From the NCBI RefSeq assembly GCF_052055875.1, contig NZ_CP170508.1:1300177-1332176 (forward strand): a stretch of DNA of 32,000 nt, written 5' to 3'. This DNA is from Methanosphaerula subterraneus. Lineage in GTDB: Archaea > Halobacteriota > Methanomicrobia > Methanomicrobiales > Methanospirillaceae. Below, in pieces: positions 8,841 to 15,997 of this stretch (within the stretch, counting starts at the first letter, position 1; each line of letters starts with the position of its first letter). The notes under the pieces were generated by a model. The model ran no database searches and was not told the origin of the DNA. It was given only the letters and a program-made list of their open reading frames with translations. The position numbers and the translations under genes are program-made.

Positions 8841-11720
8841 CTACTGGACGATGAACTGTCCGGTCATCGTGGTCGGATGCACGTCGCACCGGAAGAAGTA
8901 TGTCCCCGGCGTGGTCGGTGCGGTGAAGGTATAGGTCGTGGTGACCGGCCCGGTCACGATCGGGCCTTTAAAGAAGCTCGTGCTTGCCGATGAGTCGGTG
9001 TAGACCGCGAAGTTGTGCGGTACCCCGGAGTCCATGTTGTTGAAGGTGACCGTGACCTGCCCCCCGGCCTGAACCGTGATCGTCGACAGGCTGAATGCAA
9101 GGTTCTGGGCCGTGAGATTGACCGATGTGGTGAGGCCGGCAGGCGTCGTCGCCGCGGTGGTGACCGAAGTCGTGGTCACCGGGGCCGTAGTGGTCGCCGT
9201 GGCGGTCACGATTGGCGCCACACTGGCATTGCCGATGGGGACCAGGCCGGAGGTGTTCGCTGAGACCATCTTCCAGACCTCGCCCGAGGTTTGCGGTGTG
9301 ATCCCGGGGCCGCCATTCTGGTTGATCAGGACGAGGACCTCGTGGTCGGCGTTCTCGTACATGCCTCGGACGAAGGCGTTGATCCGTCCGTTCGCGTTAT
9401 TGGCGACAGTCATCTCCGAGGTCGTCCACATCGCGTTCTCAGCCGCGGTCAGGTTCGCCGCGTTGTCGGGCAGGGTCGCCGTGTCCAGGCCGGCGGGCGG
9501 CGTGGCGACGAGGAGGGTCCCGTTGCCCGCGGTAAAGCTGTCGGACCAGGTGCCGAAGATGTACGAGCCCTGCAGCGACGAGAGGGCGCTGCCACGGTAG
9601 ACGACGCCGCCGACGATGACGTTGCCGACATCGTGGCCGAGTTCGACCACCGGGCCGATCAGCGGCTGCCCGTTGTAGCTGGTGATCCTGCTGGTGGTGT
9701 TCGGCACCGCCCTGTCGCTGGCCGGGTCGAAACTGTGCGTCCCCTCGCGGATGTTCCAGGGGTAGGCGCCGCCTTTGTAGATGACCAGCGCAGACTCGAA
9801 GAGATTCTGTCCGGCCATCGCGACGAACATCCGGTTGCTCCCGCCGGAGTCAAACGCCGCGAACGCCGGGTTGCGGAAGCCGTAGGCGTAGATCTCCGGC
9901 AGGACGGTCGCGTTCGAGAGGAACGGGTTGCCCGCCGGGATGCCGTAATCCTTGCCCGCGCTCGTGGTGTCCACGTCGATCCTGATCACCTTGCCGAGGA
10001 GCGTGGTCAGGTCCTGGCCGTTGCCGATGGCCGGCGTGTGGCCCATGCCGGTGTCGTCGGCACGTCCACCGTCGCCGAGGGTCAGGTAGAGGTAATTGTC
10101 CGTCGGCCCGAAGAGGAGGATGCCGCCGTTGTGGTTCATATACGGCTTGTCGATCTCAAGCAGGATCCGCTCTGAGGAGTTGTTCACCTGGTTTTGGCTG
10201 GCGTTCGATACCGTGAACTCGGAGAGGCGGTTGGTGCAGGACCAGTTCGGGTCCGCGCCGGCACGGAGCGGCGCGCTGTAATAGGCATAGACCTTTCCGT
10301 TCGACGAGAAGTTCGGGTGGAACGCGATCGAGAGCAGCCCCCGCTCGTCGTATGCCGAGCTCAGGTTGACCATCCTATCGCGGACGTCGAGGAACGGCTG
10401 GTCGAGGACCGTTCCGTTCATGAAGAAGATCTTCACGTACCCGTTCTGGTCGACGAGGAAGAGCCGGCCGCTCCCGTCACCGGGCTCTGCGACGAAGAGC
10501 GGCGACGTGAAGTTGCCGGCCACGCGCTGGAGGCCGATCGGCATGGCGGACGTCTGCAGCATCGTCGTCGACCGGTTGCCGGCGATCATTGCGGCCAGGG
10601 GCGAGTTCTGGTTCGTGAGGTCGGTGACGTTCGTGACCGGAGTCGGGGTTGGGGTCACGTTACCGGTGGGTGTCGGAGTGACGGTGCCACCGCCCCCGTC
10701 GGACGTCGGCGTCGGGGTCACGTTGCCTGTGGTCGTCGGCGTTGGGGTTCCGGTTGCCGTGACCGTGACGCTGTCGTTCATGATCGGTACGACCGGCGTG
10801 TGGTCGTTATTCACGAGCTGGACTGCGAACCTGTGCTGCCCGGGCGTCACGTTCGTGAACACGTATGTCGTCCCCGAGACATGGTTCCAGACCGCAGTCG
10901 GATCGGTCGGGATTGCCGGCTGACCCGGAGTGTCAGGGATCTGATTCACGTCCATGTAGAAGTGGACGTGCCCTTCGCCCGCGACGTTCGCCTGCCCCTG
11001 CTTGTCGACGACGCTGAAGTTACTGACCATCGCGGTCACCGTTACGTTCCCGGGGGTCACGACCGTCCCGTTCTGCGGAGAGGTGATCATGATCGCGGCC
11101 TCGCCGGCGGTCTGGTTCCCTGTCGGCGTCACGCTCGGGCCACCCGCCATCTCAAAGGTCATGTAGTCGAGGTTTTGGGCGTCCTTCACGAACTGGAGCC
11201 GGATGTAGTGGCTCCCTGCCGGCAGGGTGACGTTGGCGGTCGCGTCCTCGTAGGTGTCGAAGGACTTCGTGTCCGGGACTTTGACCTGCGCCTCTAAGAC
11301 GCCGTCGACCCAGACCCATACCTCACGCTCGGCCCACGGGCTTGAGGCACGGAACGTCGCCAGGTATGTCCCGGCTTCCTGAATATCGACCGTGTAGGTC
11401 AGCCATTCAGAGGACTTGACGAACGCGACCACATGCCCGGACCCGCCGGTCTCGATGTCGACATCATCCTGGCGATAAGCGCCGCCCTCGTTACCGGAGG
11501 TCCGGTCGAACCAGGCGATGCCCTGGCCGCCGGTGTCATAGTCCTCGGCCTCGATCTGGCCGGGGATCGCGGAGGAAGTTCCTGTGAATGGATGGAACTG
11601 ATGCTCCGTTGAGGTTGCGTTCCCGCTGGGGGAACTCGTTCCCGTGGGGATTGCCGCCACGGCCAATGCCACCATTGCCATGCAGAGCACGGCGATGAGG
11701 GCGATCGTAGTTCTATTCAT
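8841..11720 (-). CDS. Secreted multidomain protein: signal peptide, CBM6-like module, DUF4399-like domain, Thr/Pro linker, PQQ-type glucose/sorbosone dehydrogenase (GSDH) beta-propeller, Thr-rich linker, C-terminal type-1 copper (cupredoxin) domain
   Basis: 959-aa ORF; the motifs for each domain are listed in the sub-features below. The signal peptide is MNRTTIALIAVLCMAMVALAVAA. The protein has about 27 N-x-S/T sequons by my count. Confidence 0.9.
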   Translation of the reverse strand: MNRTTIALIAVLCMAMVALAVAAIPTGTSSPSGNATSTEHQFHPFTGTSSAIPGQIEAEDYDTGGQGIAWFDRTSGNEGGAYRQDDVDIETGGSGHVVAFVKSSEWLTYTVDIQEAGTYLATFRASSPWAEREVWVWVDGVLEAQVKVPDTKSFDTYEDATANVTLPAGSHYIRLQFVKDAQNLDYMTFEMAGGPSVTPTGNQTAGEAAIMITSPQNGTVVTPGNVTVTAMVSNFSVVDKQGQANVAGEGHVHFYMDVNQIPDTPGQPAIPTDPTAVWNHVSGTTYVFTNVTPGQHRFAVQLVNNDHTPVVPIMNDSVTVTATGTPTPTTTGNVTPTPTSDGGGGTVTPTPTGNVTPTPTPVTNVTDLTNQNSPLAAMIAGNRSTTMLQTSAMPIGLQRVAGNFTSPLFVAEPGDGSGRLFLVDQNGYVKIFFMNGTVLDQPFLDVRDRMVNLSSAYDERGLLSIAFHPNFSSNGKVYAYYSAPLRAGADPNWSCTNRLSEFTVSNASQNQVNNSSERILLEIDKPYMNHNGGILLFGPTDNYLYLTLGDGGRADDTGMGHTPAIGNGQDLTTLLGKVIRIDVDTTSAGKDYGIPAGNPFLSNATVLPEIYAYGFRNPAFAAFDSGGSNRMFVAMAGQNLFESALVIYKGGAYPWNIREGTHSFDPASDRAVPNTTSRITSYNGQPLIGPVVELGHDVGNVIVGGVVYRGSALSSLQGSYIFGTWSDSFTAGNGTLLVATPPAGLDTATLPDNAANLTAAENAMWTTSEMTVANNANGRINAFVRGMYENADHEVLVLINQNGGPGITPQTSGEVWKMVSANTSGLVPIGNASVAPIVTATATTTAPVTTTSVTTAATTPAGLTTSVNLTAQNLAFSLSTITVQAGGQVTVTFNNMDSGVPHNFAVYTDSSASTSFFKGPIVTGPVTTTYTFTAPTTPGTYFFRCDVHPTTMTGQFIVQ
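8844..9125 (-). other. Type-1 copper cupredoxin domain (aa ~866-959)
   Basis: TVQAGGQVTVTFNNMDSGVPHNFAV ... GTYFFRCDVHPTTMTGQFIV. All four blue-copper ligands are present (H902, C945, H948, M952), with C-x2-H-x3-M spacing. Confidence 0.8.
9276..10538 (-). other. GSDH-family (soluble quinoprotein aldose/sorbosone dehydrogenase-like) beta-propeller (aa ~395-815)
   Basis: SPLFVAEPGDGSGRLFLVDQNG.V, ERGLLSIAFHPNF..NG.VYAYYS, HNGGILLFGP.DNYLYLTLGDGG, GQDLTTLLGKVIRIDVD, YGIPAGNPF and EIYAYGFRNP are the conserved GSDH blocks. They include the HNGG histidine corresponding to the catalytic base. Confidence 0.75.
10620..10760 (-). repeat. Low-complexity Thr/Pro linker with an imperfect direct DNA repeat (TGNVTPTPT units)
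   Basis: The protein reads TATGTPTPTTTGNVTPTPTSDGGGGTVTPTPTGNVTPTPTPVTNVT. On the plus strand, ggggtcacgttaccggtgg at 10651 recurs as ggggtcacgttgcctgtgg at 10714, a period of about 63 nt. Confidence 0.7.
10755..11099 (-). other. DUF4399-like domain (aa ~208-322)
   Basis: ITSPQNGTVV...GEGHVHFYMDV...IPTD...PGQHRFAVQLVNNDHTP fits the DUF4399 pattern I.sP.dG..v...GHhHl.vD...ip.d...pG.H.l.l.l.d..H. Confidence 0.5.
11151..11567 (-). other. CBM6/CBM35-like carbohydrate-binding module (aa ~52-190)
   Basis: IPGQIEAEDYDTGGQGIAWFD ... EWLTYTVDIQEAGTYLATFRAS ... GSHYIRLQF...LDYMTFE. The IEAEDYD opening and the beta-sandwich periodicity are typical of CBM6. Confidence 0.6.
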
Positions 11721-11740
11721 GGGTGGCTCAGACGGCCCCT

Positions 11741-11755
11741 TATTATATATATTTT
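11741..11755 (-). promoter_or_regulatory. TATA-box-like element for the 959-aa gene
   Basis: tattatatatatttt lies 21-35 nt upstream of the minus-strand ATG at 11720. This implies a leaderless or very short-leader mRNA. Confidence 0.5.
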
Positions 11756-12429
11756 CTCAGAATGAAACCCTGCATCACAATCCCGACAGGCGGAGTCAGA
11801 CTGCCACTCTGATGGGGCCGCCCCTGGTGCATACAGGGGCTTTGCTGAAGGCGTGGAACCAGCAGTAGCGAAGATGAAGGAGTCTCGGCGACCGTGATCA
11901 GTGCCATGAGAATCGGCTGTACCCACAACGGGCATTTATGATTATTGAGACGACGAACACCGGCCCTTCGCCTCTGTCGTTCAAGGAGAGCAGGAGGCAT
12001 GACACGGCCGGGGTGCTCGGCATCGGTGCAGTTTTATTCTCCAGTAGCGGTATGAGGGGGAGGTACGGTCCCCCGTCACATCTGCTGTCACATCTGTGAT
12101 GCCGCCGATTCCATCGTCTCAATTGCATGCCTCTGTCTCTGGGACAATTCCCATCGTTTTCGAATAATGTTTATAACCATTGTACCTTATTGTGTCCCCT
12201 TGAGGGTTAGTAGGGGACGACTTCCCCCGCAGCCGTCCCAGATGCCAGCGGGCAAGGACGCGGAGGCAGAAAACAGGGACCGGTCCCGGCAGAGGTGATG
12301 CCGGCACCGCGATCTCATCAGAGACTGCCGCCGGAACAGAGGGCCCCGGGTGCATCTGGCCAGTGATGATGAGAGATGCGAACACCGGGTGTCAGTGACA
12401 TCCGTGCCAAATCTTATGGAGAGAGAAAG

Positions 12430-14370
12430 ATGCATGCAAGCAAACAGTCCCCTCCGACTCAGGAGGGATCGCCATCCCCGTCGAGAGGGAGTCCTGGTGC
12501 AGGTACGATACGAACCTTCGTCATCGTGCTCCTGCTCGGCGCCATCCTGATCGCAATCGTAACGCCCGCCATCGGTGCTCCCCCGGCCCCAGGGCCGGTT
12601 CTGCTGGACCCGATGACGATCCCGAAGTATGTCAACCAGATCGACGGCCCACCGCCGGAGTACGTCCCGGTCTCCGGGAATACGTATGAAGTGAACGCGA
12701 CCGAGTTTACAGAGCAGATCCTCCCCGCCGGGTTCCCCACGACGAAGGTTTGGGGCTACGGGGGTCTGGCCAGGGACACCGTCACCGGCCAGTTCCTCGG
12801 GTTCGTCCGGAACTCGCCCGGCCCCAGTTTCAACGTCACCCGGGGCACGCAGATCACCGTGAAGTGGATCAACGAACTGACCGGAAACCACATGTTCGCG
12901 GTCGACCCGACCCTCCACTGGGCAAACCCGAACAACATGTCCATGATGCCGACCCTGCCCTGGAACCTGTTCCCACCCGGGTTTACCGACGCACAGCGTA
13001 ACGTTCCCCTGGTGACGCATGTCCACGGCGCCGAGGTCCAGTCGACATCCGACGGCCACCCCGACGCCTGGTGGACCGCAAACGGCACGCAGGGTATGGC
13101 ATATAACACGGCCCAGGCCACCGAATCCAACGCCGCCGTCTTCCAGTATCCGAACGCTCAGCAGGCGGCCACGATCTGGTACCACGACCATGCGCTCGGC
13201 ATCACCCGGATCAACGTGATGTCAGGACTGGCAGGCTTCTTCCTCCTCCGCGATCCGTCGAACCCGGTCGACGCGGTTCTGCCGACAGGGAAGTACGACA
13301 TGCCGATCGCGATCCAGGACCGCACCTTCAACGCCGACGGGTCGCTCTACTTCCCGACGGTCGGTCTGAATCCAACGATCCACCCCTACTGGCAGCCCGA
13401 GTTCTTCGGCAACACGATCATGGTGAACGGCAAGGTCTGGCCGAATATGAACGTGGACCAGGGGACCTACCGGCTCCGGCTTCTGGACGGATCGAACGCC
13501 CGGTTCTACACCCTGAGTTTTTCAAACAAGATGGCGTTCACCCAGATCGCATCCGACGGCGGGTACCTCAAAACCCCTGCGACCCTGACTGAACTGACGA
13601 TGGCGCCGGGTGAGCGTGCGGAGATCCTTGTCGACTTCTCGAAGCTCGCGCCAGGCACGAAGGTGATCCTGACGAACACGGCGAAGGCGCCGACACCCCG
13701 CGGAGCACCCGCGGATCCCCAGACGACCGGCCAGATCATGCAGTTCACGGTGACGGCAAATCCCGGCCCCGCGTTCCCAACCCTGCCGGCCACGCTGAAC
13801 CCGACCCTTAACGGAACCTTCCCGAACCTGCCGGCGCCCACGACGACGCGCTTCCTGACACTCCAGGAGGTCATGGGAGCGGCCGGTCCCACCGAGATCC
13901 TCCTCGATGGAAAGAAATGGATGGCCCCGGTCTCCGAGAACCCCACCAACGGCACGACCGAGGACTGGGTGATCATCAATCCGACGGCGGACACACACCC
14001 GATCCACCTGCACCTGGTCCAGTTCCAGCTCGTGAGTCGTCAGGCCTTCCAGGTCAAGAAGTATCAGACCGACTGGATGGCCCTGAACGGGATGCCCCCG
14101 TTGCCGCTCACTGCCACGGTGATCACGCCGAACATTGTACAGTATCTCCAGGGGAAGGCCACCGGGCCGTTACCGAGTGAACTGGGATGGAAGGACACGA
14201 TCCAGATGAAGCCGGGCGAGGTGACCAGGATCCGGGTACGGTTCGCGTCGCAGGACGGGACGTCGTATCCCTTCGATCCGTCCGTGGGGCCCGGGTACGT
14301 CTGGCACTGCCACATCATCGATCACGAGGACAACGAGATGATGCGCCCCTATCTGGTGCAGCCCTCCTGA
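12430..14370 (+). CDS. Multicopper oxidase (CotA/bilirubin-oxidase/laccase-like, three-domain) with an N-terminal hydrophobic anchor or signal
   Basis: All four MCO copper motifs are intact: THVHG (HVH at 13018..13026), WYHDH (13177..13191), HPIHLH (13996..14013) and HCHIIDHEDNEMM (14305..14343). I prefer the start at ATG 12430 (MHASKQ...), which follows ggagag with an 8-nt spacer; the track ORF opens at 12376. The hydrophobic segment is IRTFVIVLLLGAILIAIVTPAIGA, and there is no twin-arginine motif. Confidence 0.9.
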   Translation: MHASKQSPPTQEGSPSPSRGSPGAGTIRTFVIVLLLGAILIAIVTPAIGAPPAPGPVLLDPMTIPKYVNQIDGPPPEYVPVSGNTYEVNATEFTEQILPAGFPTTKVWGYGGLARDTVTGQFLGFVRNSPGPSFNVTRGTQITVKWINELTGNHMFAVDPTLHWANPNNMSMMPTLPWNLFPPGFTDAQRNVPLVTHVHGAEVQSTSDGHPDAWWTANGTQGMAYNTAQATESNAAVFQYPNAQQAATIWYHDHALGITRINVMSGLAGFFLLRDPSNPVDAVLPTGKYDMPIAIQDRTFNADGSLYFPTVGLNPTIHPYWQPEFFGNTIMVNGKVWPNMNVDQGTYRLRLLDGSNARFYTLSFSNKMAFTQIASDGGYLKTPATLTELTMAPGERAEILVDFSKLAPGTKVILTNTAKAPTPRGAPADPQTTGQIMQFTVTANPGPAFPTLPATLNPTLNGTFPNLPAPTTTRFLTLQEVMGAAGPTEILLDGKKWMAPVSENPTNGTTEDWVIINPTADTHPIHLHLVQFQLVSRQAFQVKKYQTDWMALNGMPPLPLTATVITPNIVQYLQGKATGPLPSELGWKDTIQMKPGEVTRIRVRFASQDGTSYPFDPSVGPGYVWHCHIIDHEDNEMMRPYLVQPS

Positions 14371-14377
14371 CCCCCTC

Positions 14378-14382
14378 TTTTT
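14378..14382 (+). terminator. T5 run just after the multicopper oxidase stop
   Basis: ccccctctttttcc begins directly after the TGA at 14368..14370. Confidence 0.35.
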
Positions 14383-14529
14383 CCGGTACATTCCAGGGCC
14401 GGCACCACGGAGATGCGTGTCGACCGGCTGGGCGACCTACGATCGTCACGGATGGGGAACCCATGACCTCAGCCCTGGGGTGTCGACCACAAAAGGATTA
14501 ATTACCAGATCGAAGAAAGAGCGGGAGAT

Positions 14530-15234
14530 ATGGACGATGTCAGGGAGTATGCCACGCGGGTGATCGAGGTGGTACGGCAGTCGGAGCACGCAGTCTCGGT
14601 GCGGTTCGAGCGACCGGAGGGGTTCTCGTACCTCCCCGGGCAGTACATGTTCATCACGCTCGCGAGGGGCGGAGAGAACCTGGTCCGACACCTCACCATC
14701 TCGAGCAGTCCAACCGAACCGGTGCTCGAGGTGACGAAGGAACTGACCGGCCACCCGTTTGCCGAGGCCCTGGCCGCTCTCGTCCCGGGGGACGAGGCGA
14801 CGATCCGGGGGCCGTACGGGGCGTTCACCCTCGCCGGCGAGGAGGATGTGGTCTTCATCTCGGGGGGGATCGGGGTCACCCCACTTCGGAGCATGGCCCG
14901 GTACGCCACCGACACCGGGCTAATGACCCGCATCACGCTGCTGTACTCGGCCCGGAGCGAGGAGGACGTCCTCTTCGGCCCCGAGTTCGTAGAGATGGAG
15001 CGGCAGAACCCCCACCTCACTGCAAGGATCACCCTCACCCGGCCGGGTCCTGGATGGACTGGGCATGTCGGACGGATCGACCGGGCGTTCATCGAGGAAG
15101 CGGTCCCGGATCGGCAGGGCCGGGTCTTCTTCATCTCCGGGCCGGCGGCCATGGTCGACGCGATGACGGCCATTCTGAAAGAGATGGAGGTGCCGGACGA
15201 GCAGATCCGGCATGAATACTTCCCTGGGTATTGA
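14530..15234 (+). CDS. Ferredoxin-NADP reductase-type FAD/NAD(P)-binding oxidoreductase (two-domain, no Fe-S domain)
   Basis: 234 aa. It has the FAD motif RHLTISS (R-x-Y/L-S/T), the NAD(P) motif VFISGGIGVTPLRSM and the C-terminal ...FISGPAAMV...YFPGY. A gggag sequence lies upstream of the ATG. Confidence 0.85.
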   Translation: MDDVREYATRVIEVVRQSEHAVSVRFERPEGFSYLPGQYMFITLARGGENLVRHLTISSSPTEPVLEVTKELTGHPFAEALAALVPGDEATIRGPYGAFTLAGEEDVVFISGGIGVTPLRSMARYATDTGLMTRITLLYSARSEEDVLFGPEFVEMERQNPHLTARITLTRPGPGWTGHVGRIDRAFIEEAVPDRQGRVFFISGPAAMVDAMTAILKEMEVPDEQIRHEYFPGY

Positions 15235-15316
15235 AGCGGTCGAGCCGACCCGATCTGGTGGAGACCGGCATTCAGGGGCCGGGTAAGTCCGGGGGGACGG
15301 GAACGTCATGACCGGA

Positions 15317-15892
15317 CTATACCCGCCGCACCACGCGGCAGGGGTTGCCCACGGCCAGCACGCCGGCAGGGATATCATGGACCACGACGCTGCCCGCACC
15401 GATCGTCGTGCCGGCTCCGATCGTCACGCCGGGACAGACGATCGCCCCGCCTCCGATCCAGACATTCTCCCCGATCGTGACCCGCGAGGCCAGTTCGAGG
15501 CCGCGAAGCCGGTCGACTGGAGAGACCGGGTGGTGAGCGGTATAGATCTGCACCGACGGCCCGAAGAGCACATGGTCCCCGATCCGGACCGTGGTTGAGT
15601 CGAGGATGACGCAGTTGAAGTTGATCGCCACGTCGTCGCCGATATGAATAGTACTGCCGTAATCGCAGGAGAACGACGGTTCGATGAGGACATTCGTACC
15701 CATTGAACCGAGAAGTTCGCGCAGCAGCGAGGCCCGCAGGTCGTCCTCGCCCTCATTCGATCTGTTGAAGAGCCCGGTCAGCCGACGGGCCCGGGCTCGG
15801 GCCTGCGCAAGCCCGGGATCGCCGGCATCGTAGAGCTCCCCTGCGAGCATCTTCTCGTGTTCAGTCCTCTCCGGCGCTATCGTCTTCCGCAC
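15317..15892 (-). CDS. Maltose/galactoside O-acetyltransferase-family enzyme (Mac N-domain plus left-handed beta-helix hexapeptide repeats)
   Basis: 191 aa. The N-terminal EKMLAGELYDAGDPGLAQAR...FN is the Mac domain. It is followed by the hexapeptide repeats IGDDVAINFNCVILD..VRIGDHVLFGPSVQIY...VTIGENVWIGGGAIVCPGVTIGAGTTIGAGSVV. Confidence 0.9.
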   Translation of the reverse strand: MRKTIAPERTEHEKMLAGELYDAGDPGLAQARARARRLTGLFNRSNEGEDDLRASLLRELLGSMGTNVLIEPSFSCDYGSTIHIGDDVAINFNCVILDSTTVRIGDHVLFGPSVQIYTAHHPVSPVDRLRGLELASRVTIGENVWIGGGAIVCPGVTIGAGTTIGAGSVVVHDIPAGVLAVGNPCRVVRRV

Positions 15893-15997
15893 AGTGCTGG
15901 TCCTCCACCAGCATCAGAGGATGCCATCCGGCTTCTCTATTGCGGTGGATGGAAGAAGCCCCGGGCGCTCTCATCTCAGGCAGCTCTTCGGCGAGGT

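Noticed and set aside
10620-10760. Repeated ggggtcacgtt... units as a possible CRISPR or tandem-repeat locus
   Set aside because: There are only two imperfect copies, both inside a continuous reading frame encoding a Thr/Pro linker. There is no spacer/repeat architecture.
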